Assembly (NCBI GenBank): GCA_001687465.1
Contig: LVLI01000196.1
Coordinates: 62,001-126,000 of the forward strand
DNA from: Halocafeteria seosinensis
Taxonomy: Eukaryota
Direction: 5' to 3'
Length of the DNA stretch: 64,000 nucleotides
Positions 26,701 to 38,724 of the stretch are shown one piece after another. Within the stretch, counting starts at the first letter, position 1; every line of letters begins with the position of its first letter. The position numbers were made by a program, and so were the translations under genes. Under the pieces are notes generated by a model. The model had not been told where the DNA came from and did not search any database. It saw only the letters and a list, made by a program, of their open reading frames with translations.

Positions 26701-26767
26701 TCGAACGAAAAGTAAGCGCGCAGAATTTTGTGAGAGGAATTGCCCGTGTTGCATCTGCTGTTGGTAA
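23763..26767 (+). CDS. Fatty acyl-AMP ligase (FAAL)-like adenylation domain fused to an acyl carrier protein domain, Cys-rich C-terminus
   Basis: AFLQYTSGSTSEPKGVMITHDN, SWLPQYHDMGLIG, APNFGY, NAAEPI, FGLAEHTVYV, GWLRTGDLGF, GREKDVIILRGRNHFPQDIE, KTTSGKIAR. ACP motif LGLDSMG. Ends in CPCCICCW. Confidence 0.9.
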
Positions 26768-26902
26768 ACTGTAGCTCCGTGTGAAGCTTAGTTCAGTTCA
26801 CAACAGAATATTACGCAACCATGTCATTCTAGTTTGTTACGTTTCATGCAAGCAACATGTTATTATATTAGAGCTAGGTCTATTAGTTAGTGCAGGAGTA
26901 CA

Positions 26903-27952
26903 ATGCTGGCGAGTAGAGCCTTGCTGTCAGTAGCACGACGAAGTGGTGGAGGCGGTGGCCTTTCTCAGAGCTATGCCAAGCACAAATTCGCCACTTGCGC
27001 GCCGGTTTCAGGATGCCGTCAACCTTATATCTGCGCTTCCTTGAGGTACTTGCATGTAAAGGGAAGGGCGCCAGATACGTCGTTCATACGTCAGCAAAGT
27101 CGACGAGAGTTCAGCACTTCAAGTGGTTCCCATAACAACAAGAGTTCTAACTCTTCGGATAGGAGCTCTAGGACAGAGCGAGATGAAAAGAATGTTCAGT
27201 ATGCTATCTATGCACTGTCTGGGATAGTTGGACTGATTGGACTTTCGTACGCGGCTGTCCCACTTTACCGCATGTTTTGTCAAGCCACGGGATTTGGAGG
27301 GACTACACAAACAGCTGATGTGGAAAAATTCAAGAGGATGAAGCCCGTGGAGGGAGCTAGGCCAATTACAGTATACTTTGCAGCAGATACAAGCGACTCG
27401 ATGCCTTGGAAGTTTGTACCACAGCAAAGGGCTGTGCGTGTGGTTCCGGGAGAAACAGCGTTGGCCTTCTTCAGGGCACACAACCCCACAAAGCAACCTA
27501 TCACAGGGGTTTCGACGTACAATGTTACTCCTATGAAAGCTGGGGTGCATTTTAATAAAATCCAGTGTTTCTGCTTTGAAGAGCAAAGACTGAGACCCAA
27601 GGAGGAAATTGACATGCCGGTAAGTAGTCATGTGGGTCACTTGTGGGAGATAGATATTCTCCGATAGCAATCGTTTATTGGTTGTTTGGAACTTCAGGTA
27701 TTTTTTTATATAGACCCTGACTTCGTGGATGACCCATCTATGCATGATGTTCGCGATGTCACACTGAGTTATACATTTTTCCGAACCGGTGATGAGCAGT
27801 CTGTTAGTGCGTGGGATACGGATGATAAGAAAGAAGATAAGAGTGATTCAGAAAGGATAAAGGAATGGACAGAAGAAATGCGGAAACACGTCCATACATC
27901 TGCGGACCAAAAATCAAGGAACGCAGACACATCAGAACCCCCTTCACGATAG
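26903..27952 (+). CDS. COX11: Cytochrome c oxidase copper chaperone COX11
   Basis: Presequence-like N-terminus, LSYAAVPLYRMFCQATGFGG, copper motif FNKIQCFCFEEQRL, DMP/VFFYIDPDF across the final intron. Confidence 0.97.
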
Positions 27953-28449
27953 ACTACTCTGTCCCGCTTCTCTGCTCCACAATGGGACGATTCGGTTGCT
28001 ATAACACGTGGACTGTGTGCATACAACCTTGTTCCAAAGCAAAAGGAGTTGAGCACGTGTAAGGCTCATAATTTATTGGGCAACAAGAGTAAGCGTTCCC
28101 AGGAGGCAACCAATGATTCGTAGTGGCCACTATCGTAGAACTTCCACGCAAAAAGGTAGTCTTCTTTCGTGTTTGCGAATCGTCTGTAATACATTTCTTG
28201 GAAGGCACTCATTTTTCTGTCGTTTGTACCTACTTCTCCTTCGCGTCCGGGACTCCGAGGCCGTACTGCCGCTTAAGTTGAAGTTACGGTGCTGACTGAC
28301 ACCGCTGCGTTCCATGGCTCTATGTAGGGGATATACCTGATGTCAGAGTATTGAATCAGTTCCGGAGGAGTCTACATGCACTGTTGTGATAGGGTGAATC
28401 TATATCTCGTAGAGTGGAGCCACATTTGGTTGGAAAATAGCGATTAACC

Positions 28450-30256
28450 ATGATCTCGTGTGTGAAATGGGTACGTGGCGGATCTGGTGCTCCACGTATT
28501 CTGTCCTATGCACGGTCTCTAAAGTCATTCTGGCTGTCCCATGTTGTGTGCAGATCCCTCGAGGAGCGGTTCAACGAGTGCCGGCCAAGCAGGAGTACTC
28601 TGCTGAGGAGAGAGCAATGATAGAAGAGAGGTTGGTACTGAACTGTACCGATCGTGGATGCTACTAATACACAGGAATTGTCTGTTATGGTTGCCACAGG
28701 GCTCAACAAGAGCAAGCAGAGCAAATGGAAAACGATATTGACGCAGAAGGCTCGGGAGCCGAAGAGCAAGAGGAGAACGCGCCGGAAGGAGGTAACAATG
28801 ACTATGAGCAAGACGCCGCATTCGACTCCTTGAAAGACGTAGAGTTACCAGAGGGGTTCGATATGGATAACTACGACCAAGAAACAGAAAATCTGGGTAT
28901 TCAAGACCAGTATCTTGATCCGGAAGACGACCCGTACATTGATAAGAAAGGCGAAGATCAAAGTGACAATGACAGTGAGCAATCTGAGGATGACTACATT
29001 GCCCGCGCTTCCGATACCTTCCTTATCAGTGCAAGCACGGAGGATGAGCATTCTTGTTTGGAAGTATATTGCTACAACGAAGACGATGCATCTTTGTTTG
29101 TACATCACGATATTACGTTGCCGGCATTTCCACTGTGTGTAGAGTGGCTCGATTGTGCTCCTTCGCTCGATCAGCCGACGCAAGACCCCTCGAAGAACCC
29201 GGTCGGAAGCTATGCTGCCGTGGGTACTTTCAAACCCGGTATTGAAATTTGGAATTTGGACGTCATGAACCCATTGGAACCCACTTGTGTCTTAGGAGGC
29301 GTAGATGAAGAAAAGACAGCGCAGAAATTGCAACGACGAAGTCGAAAGAAGAAGGCATCAGGCATAAAGAAGGGACCTGCCCTCCAGCAGGGAAGCCACA
29401 GTGACGCGGTAATGTCTCTAAGTTGGAACAAACCATATAGGAATCTCCTTGCGTCCGCATCCGCGGACAAGACGATTAAGGTCTGGGATGTGCTGACTCA
29501 GCAAGCAGTGGGTACCTTTACCCACCATAAGGATAAAGTGCAGGCCATCCAATGGAACCCTGCGGAGCATTCCGTCATCGCTAGTGGTTCCTTCGATAAA
29601 AATATAGCAGTATTTGATACGAAGGCTTCCAAAGATAAGGTTTTGTGGCTTCCTCTTTCTGGAGAAATAGAATCGCTATGTTGGTCGCCTCACAATCCAG
29701 CGATACTTGTTACGTCTGACGAAGATGGATCTGTCATGGCGTATGATGTCAGGCGCCCGGATAACTATCTCTATACGATTGCTGCACATACTGGGGCATG
29801 CACGAACGTCTCTTTATCACCCCTCGTCAAGGATTTAATGATTACGAGTGGAATCGACAAGACCGTAAAGGTGTGGGATCTTCAATCAGACACAGGCACT
29901 CCAACATGCATCCGTTCAAAGTCTGCTAACATTGTAAGTGTTTCTTGCAATTGACGTTCGCCATTGCGACCCTGATCACCGTTTGGTTTGCTTCCCAGGG
30001 AAAGGTATTTGCTTCCTCTATTTACTCTCATTCTCCCTGGCTTGTGGCTGCTGGAGGATCCAAAGGGAAGCTAGCGATCTGGGATTTAGAGAGTGACACC
30101 AATGATGTCGTTCCACGGTTCTCTAATACGAAGCGTGTTATGCGTCCTGCTGATGTACCGGGTCTAGCAGTTAGATCACGACATGATGCACAAGCGACTG
30201 ATACGTCAGCCGCTGCGTCTGCCGCCACGGGGGCTGCTGCTTCAAGCAGCAGCTGA
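28450..30256 (+). CDS. PWP1: Periodic tryptophan protein 1 (WD40, ribosome biogenesis)
   Basis: Start MISCVKW/IPRG, acidic N-terminus, LFVHHDITLPAFPLCVEW, GIEIWNLDV, HSDAVMSLSWN, LASASADKTIKVWD WD40 repeats. Confidence 0.93.
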
Positions 30257-30266
30257 AATGGTTCGA

Positions 30267-31727
30267 TCAGACAAGAACTTCAAACGACGGCAGAAGCGCT
30301 CCCACTAAGGCTCCTGTTAGAGCTGCCGGTAAGAAAGGATGCGATAACAGGAACCCATGGGGTAAACGCGCTCCTTTAACGTGCGGTGACTGCACCACTT
30401 GCTGTATCCTCTCCCTATAAGGGATGGTCAAAGCCATCATTGCGACACTTCCTCCAATGACACGCGATACCTTCGTCGCTGGATGTTTCTCTTCACTCGA
30501 AGACGGGGAACGCCACACTGCAGAGCTGAGGAATAAACGCTGCGAATGTGGCAACTTGGGTGGTAGGGTAGCTTCTAGTAGACCTCCATGTGCCCTCAAT
30601 GCCTGTCGGTCGAGTGTACGTGCCACATGCCGCATGATGTTGCGAGTTGGACCTTCCGTGGCACCTATGAGGCGACTCGCATATGTTTTATGGATATTCT
30701 TGTAAACATCGCGGGTTATGTATGCCCGTTGCTCCCGAAGACACCTTTCTAAACACTTCCGAGTATAGCGTGGGTTTCCACTGTAGAGTTTGAATACACG
30801 AGCCGGGTTATGTATGGTTGCGTTCAGATAGCACTCCATTAAAAACTCTTCCAATGTTTTTTCAATCCCTTGATTCTGATTATCCAACGATTTGCTTTCT
30901 ACTGTTTGATCATAGTTTCCAAATACCAAAGGCGCTAGTTTAAGACACTCAAAATATCTACGTGCTGACAAAGCAAACGGCGATAAACACGGAGCCGCCA
31001 GAGGGTCAAGAATAAATCCATTGAGCTCTTTGACACCACTGCCACTTTGGAAAAGAGTCGCAATACTGAACCGAGGGCGTTTACGTCTTCGTGACTCTGT
31101 CAATAGATAACTACATTTGGCAGCAATCCAGCGAACCACGTATTCGGAACTAAAAAACAGTGCTCCAAACGAAAGTAATGGCACCAGTCTCCGTTGGACC
31201 ATGACTTTGCCGGCCTCCTCCATCGCACCCGCCGTCGTTCTCCCTTGATAGCGAGATGACGGATGAGTTCCATCTAATCCGAGCAATATCTCCTCCAGGG
31301 TATTAGTCTTTCCGTACTTTCGAATTTGCCACGCCGTAAACATGGTGTAGGGTCCCACGCAAAAGAATGCAAATTTCACCCCCGTGAACATCCGATAGAG
31401 CAAGCCGGGGGTGGTATCATCTGCCTGAGTCTGTGATGAAGAGCTTTTGACCGCCGTCCCCAGCTGTCCTATTGTCTTGAATCGATCCACATTGGGCAAA
31501 TATGTTTGACTTAAATGCTCCCACCACGATTCCAGTTTGTGGCTCGTATCCTCCTCTTCTCTTCTATCTTCTCCTGCTGCACCAGTTGTGTTTGATTGCC
31601 CAGTGTCACTGGAGGGGCCTGAACACTCTGAGACTCCTTTATAGCCTGTGTATAAGCGCTGAAGGGGCCCTGCTCGAGAGGAAGAAGAGACCCCCTCTTT
31701 GTGGGGTTGATTCGAGCTCATTTGCAT
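30267..31727 (-). CDS. Hypothetical membrane protein, 486 aa, single exon
   Basis: Long uninterrupted ORF with about four hydrophobic segments; no family recognised with confidence. Confidence 0.6.
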   Translation of the reverse strand: MQMSSNQPHKEGVSSSSRAGPLQRLYTGYKGVSECSGPSSDTGQSNTTGAAGEDRREEEDTSHKLESWWEHLSQTYLPNVDRFKTIGQLGTAVKSSSSQTQADDTTPGLLYRMFTGVKFAFFCVGPYTMFTAWQIRKYGKTNTLEEILLGLDGTHPSSRYQGRTTAGAMEEAGKVMVQRRLVPLLSFGALFFSSEYVVRWIAAKCSYLLTESRRRKRPRFSIATLFQSGSGVKELNGFILDPLAAPCLSPFALSARRYFECLKLAPLVFGNYDQTVESKSLDNQNQGIEKTLEEFLMECYLNATIHNPARVFKLYSGNPRYTRKCLERCLREQRAYITRDVYKNIHKTYASRLIGATEGPTRNIMRHVARTLDRQALRAHGGLLEATLPPKLPHSQRLFLSSAVWRSPSSSEEKHPATKVSRVIGGSVAMMALTIPYRERIQQVVQSPHVKGARLPHGFLLSHPFLPAALTGALVGALLPSFEVLV

Positions 31728-31790
31728 ATAGTTTGTGACGGATTGATAGTTGAAGACCCTTTATATTATATTATATATATATGTAACTCT

Positions 31791-34700
31791 ATGTCTACGA
31801 TGGAGAACCAACCAAATCAATATGTAGAGCAGTTTTATACAGCTGTGAATCAGCTCCAACAGGGAGCTCAGCCTGCTGCAGCACAGGACTTTTTAAATCA
31901 ATTGCGCAGTAGTCCAGGGACAGCATTACCCGTAGGGAAGCACATTTTAGAGTCGAGCAATGACCCAGGGGTACTATTCCAGGCGGCTATCTTGCTACGG
32001 GATGTGGCCACACATTCCTGGGAAGCTCTTGATACACAGCTTCGGAACTCTATGAGGACATGGCTCCTCCATTGTATTATCGATAGATTCGATGCCTTCC
32101 CTCATTACGCGAGATCAGGAGTCCTACAGGCTGTCGCTGTCATGTGGAAACGCGGCTGGATCAACGATGCCAATACGAACAAGGATGAGCTCTTCCAACA
32201 ATTACAGGAACTGTGCACCTCAAGGATTTCTATGGTACATAAACAAATAGGAGGCGAGGTAAGATCCAACGGTAGTGTTACACCACAGAAGTGGAAAGTC
32301 AATGCGTTTGGTTTCCTCTCGCTTTTCCCTGGGTGGTCTGCAGTTCATGCACGCTCTGCTGGAAGAATTCTCCAAGACCAAAGGAAGCACACTTGGTTTG
32401 AGTTTTGGCTTTCACAAGAAGGCTCATCGAATGTTTCAAGTAAGCAATACCCTAAGCGTTTTTACCAGTGAGAAAACGATATTTGAACGAAGACTCGTGC
32501 GTACTTACCACTTGTGCCACAGGAAGGCCCGCTCTCGTATGTATTCGAATTGTGCTGTACTATGTTTCAGGAACTCTCTAGTGACATCAATGTGTGGGCT
32601 GAGAATCACCAAAATGAGCTCATGTCTGGAAAACGTGACGTGGAACTGCCGCAGAGTTTTTCCCTCTTTTCCTGTGTCGTTGCCTGCCTTCGAGACTGTC
32701 TACACTGGGACCACTCGTCCTCGGCCCTATCCCAAGGAGAAAAGTCGTACGATCTGTTACCAACTTCACTGAAATTGGGCTCCGCTTGGCATAGAATTAC
32801 CGATAATCCAGCAATAATCCAGCCTCTTGTCGACTCATATCAAAACTGTCGGTGGCTGGTGTTTACATCTGTGCCCGGAATGCTTCGAGATATCTTGGTC
32901 TCTTTGGCATCCTTGGCGAAATGTTCCTTTGGACAGGACGTATCGAGACTGGAATTCATGAAACAGGTTGCTTTTGGCTTCCTTACTCTTCATCGTCGCT
33001 CAATTTTGGCAATTGATCAGCAGAGTTCCGGCTCGCTCGGAAGATTGTGGCTCTCACTCGACGATGCAACGGAGCTAGCAATTGCAGCCGACAATGAGCT
33101 TGAGTTCCTCAGTCGCGTGTTTGTGGGGTTGTTCGTAAACTCTCGTGTCCAAGATGTAGATTTAGGTGCAGATCTTCTGCGCAACCTTTTGGAGAGCGGA
33201 AAAGCGCTTGGAGTGTGGTTATTGGATGAAGTATCTGCGACACGCGAAGCCTTCAGCATTCTCTACGGCAATATGGTGAACTCACCCTTGAACCAAGGCA
33301 GTCTATCCTCTCCAAGGCACAGTATTACCAGAGCCGCCTCAATGGTTGATTCCGCCGAAGGGGATTTCTTTCTGGAAAAGCTTCAATCCCGCCGAGAGAT
33401 CCTGTTCAGTGCTTTTGACGTCATAGTTCATGCTTGGAACAAACTTATAGACGGTAGTTACGGATATGAGGCGGACTGCATAACTTCGGAAACGTCTCAA
33501 GTGCTTTTCCAGAAGGCATTTGCATCCCACCTTCATATTGCCGAGCTTACCATTCGTAGCTCTGAAGACGATGAAAATCCGTTCGAAGATCCTTCCGCGT
33601 TGGCAGATCATCTTATGGGAATCGCTATTTTAGGTCGCGTAAGGTGGCCCCAAACAGCGTCCACTCTTGTGGAACAGGTCCAAAGAACTTTCAGTGGGTT
33701 CTCGAACTTTATGCGACAAGGAAGAACGAGCGCCGAAAAGGATGTAGACGTATCGGTATTGAATGAACAGTTGTGGTGGACGTTAGCTTTTGCTGCGTAT
33801 TCTCTTGCGGAGGAGGCAGACGGAGAATATCCAATGGTTCCCCGTTCGCTTTTGACTACCAGTACACAGGCGTTTTCCAGTCAAAGCCCCGACTCTACGT
33901 TAGTCCTATCGTCAAGCTTGCTCTATGTTTTACGTAATATTTGCGAGCATCTAATGCAACAGCCCCGGCAGGAACTCTTCAGCCCTACGTTGTTGCGACA
34001 GCTTTTATGGTTTGGAAACAGATGGAACAAATCCTACCTGGCTCCTGACGCGGATTTCTACCACAATCTAGAGCCCAATTACCTACAGCTGTTTTGGAGT
34101 GGCTATGATGCAAAAATCCAGGCACAGCTGCATGCGTCCACAATAAAGCAGTTAGAAGATGCAGCAGGAGTTCAAATATCATCCCTATTGTCTTGTTCTT
34201 CGGCGACCTCCGTCCTTGTTACCGCTTCGATTGTGAACTGCTGCTGTCGTCAGAGCGATGCCGATGTCGTGGAGGAGGCTATATCTCTCTTAAAGGGAAT
34301 GGCGAAAAACCCCCGATTGGTGGTTGCGCTATCGAATCTACCAGAGTGGCAATTGTTTGTGTATTGCTATGTACAGTCCATTGCAAGCGTTGCGCAGGTT
34401 ACCACAAATTTGCCTGCGCTAAATGTCGAATCGGTAAACGGGGTTTTTAGAGAGACAGTGCAGAGTGGAGCCAACATCGCTCCGGATTTTCACGAGGGCG
34501 TATGTCAGAGCATTGTTTTTATTTGTGGGTCTCCGAGGAGCTCCGACATTTCCAAGCAGTGCTGTTACGCGCTCATTGAAACTTGCAAACTACTCGCCAC
34601 TCAAATATCGGACAGCAAAAATCTTTCTGAGGGCCTGCAGAAAGGCCGCACCCACTCAATAGCGATGACAATCATGCGGCAAATAGCCGGTGTATCTAGC

Positions 34701-35714
34701 GGTGACCATGAACTCATTGGGGAGTCTCTCAAACATTGTTGTGTCGCGGGTATGTCCGCAGCAACGGCCTCCATTTCCGCAGCAAAAGCGGCCTCTGAGA
34801 TAACAGCCACATCATTAGAGGTTATTTTGCTCATTTTAGAGAACCAGCTTCCAATGGCAGATCCTCCGTACACTCAAAGCCTTGTAAGAACTTCTATGAA
34901 TGCTGTCGAGGCGTTTTCGAAGTACCATGTTGGGTCAACCGAGCTCTCGGGGAAGAACGCGAGAAATGATGAAGTTATCGACCATATATGTACTATACTT
35001 AAACTAATTAGCGAAATCTCTCGCAAGGGGGATATGATATTGCCTGGGGAGAGTTCTAGCAGCGGTAGCACATGCACTGAAGCCGTATTCTATGGGCTAC
35101 AAACAATACTTCCCTTGATCACTGAAGAGGTTTTAGAACACCCTAACGTGTGCACTAGGTTTATGGAATTGGTGCTGTTCGCCGTGGAGAACCAACCAGA
35201 TATGGTCGTCTCTTTCCCCAGTTCTGTAGTGTTCAAACTAGTGGCTTCTCTAAAATATGGAGCTGGGCACCACTTTCAGAATGTCTCCTTTAAGTCTATC
35301 GAGGCAATTGGTTCCCTCTTAGATCTGCAGCTCAAGGCAGAGTCTGCTGAAGGGGCCCCGCGTAATGTGGGTTTACGCAAACATCAAGCAGAATACCCTC
35401 GTTTACTTTCGCAGCTAATCCCGACACTGCTTAGGCTATCGCTAGGCTTAGAAACTAGTGGTATACTATTGAATCCACTCGCGAGTGCATTGTTGCGGCT
35501 AATAAAATGTGAGCCAAATGGTGCCCAGCAATGTTTTGAGCAGGTGGTAAACAAATCCGATCAGACTTCCAAGGAAGCCGTAGGCAACGCAGTAAAACAG
35601 CTGTATGAACAGAGCAACTCTATTTCAACTCCAATCAGACGATACAAAGATGAGAAATTCAAGGAAGCTTTCAAAGCATTCGTGAACCAAGCAAAAGGTG
35701 TTGTAAATATCTGA
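31791..35714 (+). CDS. Exportin-4-like karyopherin (importin-beta family), multi-exon
   Basis: IBN_N-like N-terminus (FLNQLRSS...HILESSNDPGVLFQAAILLRD...LRNSMRTWLL), AVAVMWKRGW, GLSFGFHKKAHRMFQ, FEDPSALADHLMGIAILGR, GLQTILPLITEEVLEHPNVCTRF. Confidence 0.8.
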
Positions 35715-35781
35715 CAACCGCCAGAACGAAGGCGCGCCGGCAATCACAGAGTGGGTTTGAGGCACTTCCCGGAAACAGTAT

Positions 35782-36434
35782 CTATTGTTCGAGATTAATG
35801 CTATTACCGAAACGAGCATACAGAACTTTCTTAAGTTCATCGAGCCGCTTTTGTTTAGCTTCCATATCATCTGTGAGCTGTTTCAGTCGGTCAGAATCCT
35901 TCTGCAAAGGGGTGAGGTATACAGTAAGGGGATCCTTTGCCATATTAAAGAGGGAGACACCAACCTGTTTATACTTCGCTAAAAATGCTTTCGCTTCATC
36001 TATTGTGCTGTCTATGAAGCATTCTGAAATAAATAACCTGTAGGTGAGGGGCACATGTCACAAATGGTCCCGAGAGCAGTAAGTAGGATTGATATGATCC
36101 AACATACTTTGCGCTTCCTTTCTCTTCCTCATCAACAAAGCATTCCAATTCATCTAACTCCTCTTCGGCCTGTGTATAATTGTCCATTTTTCGCTTCATT
36201 TCATCCAGTTCATTCTGTAGTTCATTTTTGTCCTGGTTCAGGCGTCCGAATTCGTTGATTTGGAGCTGATCATCGTACCGAACCTGCACCTTGCCAAGAG
36301 CAACAATATTGTAAAATCCATTCAAACTCCAAGATTAGGTGCTACAAGCGCCCTGTGTAGGGCGCATTCTATGCACAAGAAGCCTGACATACCTCGACGT
36401 CGACGTCTTGTTCGGCTGGCGTTAAACCCATCAT
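35782..36434 (-). CDS. PFDN4: Prefoldin subunit 4, multi-exon
   Basis: MMGLTPAEQDVDVE/VRYDDQLQINEFGRLN, ISECF, and terminal LKKVLYARFGNSINLE. Confidence 0.95.
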
Positions 36435-36764
36435 CGTGATTAGAGTGTACCGCGCTGGCGGGTGGTGAACTTGTTCGATAAACTAAAATAACTTCCAGGA
36501 TCACTCAAAGAGGAGTACTACGACATCAGACATGACGAAATCCATTTGGAGGCCTTATCTATCCCCGGGTATTGGAGGCAACAATCTTTAGTGGTACTTG
36601 GATTGAAAATTCAAAAATGACAAAAAGGAAACCAAAGGGTGCGCCGGAAGGGAAGGGGGCGATTGGATATTTGAATGAAGCTTTTGGCCGAGAATTCTTC
36701 AGCTTCCCGTTCCTTTCCTGTTTGTTCGTGTGTCCATGTCGGGCAAGTCATTAGGTCAAGTAAA

Positions 36765-38285
36765 ATGTCAGACAGCGATAGCGACACCTTCGAAACTCCT
36801 GTCAAACTCGTGTCTCCTATACCGGAAGACGATGACGAGGAGGATGTGTGGGAGCAGCGCGATAAGTTGAAGGAGGAGGAGGAGGAAGCCAAGAAAGACA
36901 CTACGATAACTGTGGATGACGACTCTAAAGAGAAAAACGAAGAAAAGAACGATATAGAAACAAGTACTGCAGGCACCCCCGAGCATGATGAACGAACCAG
37001 CCCTGGAGCCTCCAGCAACCAGCGTCAATCAGAGCCAGGGTACGTTCAAATTCCCGGTGATTTGGCGTGGTGTTGTAGAACCATGAAAAGCTATGCTTTC
37101 CCGTCTGGCAGTGACACCGACTTAATCAACCCCAAAATTCAGAATCCCAGCACTATTCAACGTATCAAGGAGAAGCGATTTGAATGGGTACGTTTCTTGA
37201 TTTCTGCTCCTTGCCCTCGCAGTGGTTGGGACTAGGAGTCTTTGAAAGCGCAGGATCACCGTCTACGGGGATACAAACCTGGACGCCTTTATTGGCTAAA
37301 TTTGCAGCAAACCAAGGAGCCCCCTTGGCCAGGTTGGGTAAGTGATACTTGCAGTGGTTTCGCTTTTAAGGAAGTTTGACGAGTTCCCCTGCCACCAGGA
37401 TCTTGAGGACACTGAGCTAAAGAAGCGTGTGAGCATCAACCAGCAAGAGCGGGAAGATCCTAGGAGTACGTTACCGATGGTTTAATGAGAAAGTATGGAT
37501 GCACCTATATGCGTCCAACGTTCGCTTTCATCATGCAGAAAGAGTTTACGAGTATATACACAATGTTAAGAAGCGAAACTCTGGCATGTACGTTCGAAAG
37601 AATTATGGACTCGAAATATTCATGGATGAATCTGATTTACTGTTTTTGTTCTGGTTTCAGAGCCGATTCTGAGGAAAGGAAGCAAGTAGTCCCCTTTATC
37701 CCGTTACCAGTGTTGGAGACGTACCTGAATAATGAGAAACTACGAGAGCAGTGGTCTGACTGCTTCCAAACAAATTTGGCCTATCATGCGTTAGGGAAGG
37801 AAGTTAAGGCCTCAAAAGAATTCCCCAAGGAACAGTTGGTAGACTTGGCTCGGAAGCGTCGTACAATCGGTAAGCGGAAGGCTTCCAAACCCGGTTACAA
37901 GCGTGTTCCACCATCAGTTCTGCATTCATGTTTGAGTAAAGGGGTCTCTGACCACAATTACAAAATGTGGATAGATGCCGTAATGTATTCTGAATATGTA
38001 TGGTTTCAGACCGAAAAGATAAGATACGAAGGGCGCGGTTACCTCGTAGAGTCCGGGGAAACCGAAATGGAAGTGTGGATTGACGACGCTACGTCGAAAC
38101 AAAAGTATCTCTACGGTTTTGGGGAACTCTTAGATGCTGAAAAGTATACTAGTGGGGACTCCCAGCCGAATTCTTCCCAGGAATCGGGTCCCACGCCGGG
38201 ACATGCATCGTCAGGTGATGAAGAGGTACAGGGACTGACTGCAGGTACTTCTCCGCTTACTGGCACAAAGCGCGATCGCGAATGA
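36765..38285 (+). CDS. Hypothetical protein with PWWP-like motif, tandem copy 1 (multi-exon)
   Basis: Acidic N-terminus, short exon encoding YKPGRLYWLNLQQTKEPPWPGW (about 37254-37337), terminal exon VVPFIPLPVLE..QWSDCFQTNLAYHALGKEVK, ends TGTKRDRE. Confidence 0.7.
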
Positions 38286-38724
38286 AATATTCAACTCTGT
38301 CTTCCCCCGAACAGCGACTCTTCATATCCTACTCGTATACACTTCAGTGTTCCGAACAATAAACAGCAACAATACGCTGCGATCCTCTTTGTGGATTATC
38401 AACTTATACGGTTGTACGGTATAAACCACTGCGCTCTACACATTGGTCCCTTTCGCGCGTAATGACGTGTATCCTGCGACCTGCAGGCTGCAGCCTGCAG
38501 GGTGCTGGTGCTATTTCGCAAAACAAGAGCCTGTTTGTTTTAAACCCAACGTACAGGTAGTATTGAGCCAAGTACACATACACTACTCCGTACAATTGTG
38601 CAACTTACGATTCCTAGCTCTCATCTTGAATGTCCGTACAGTATTAGCAAGGGTGCCTAGTCTGTCAAGGGTTGGCTGTCGTGTCCTGTCTTAAGATCGG
38701 CAGAGTGTGTGTGTGTGTAAGGAA

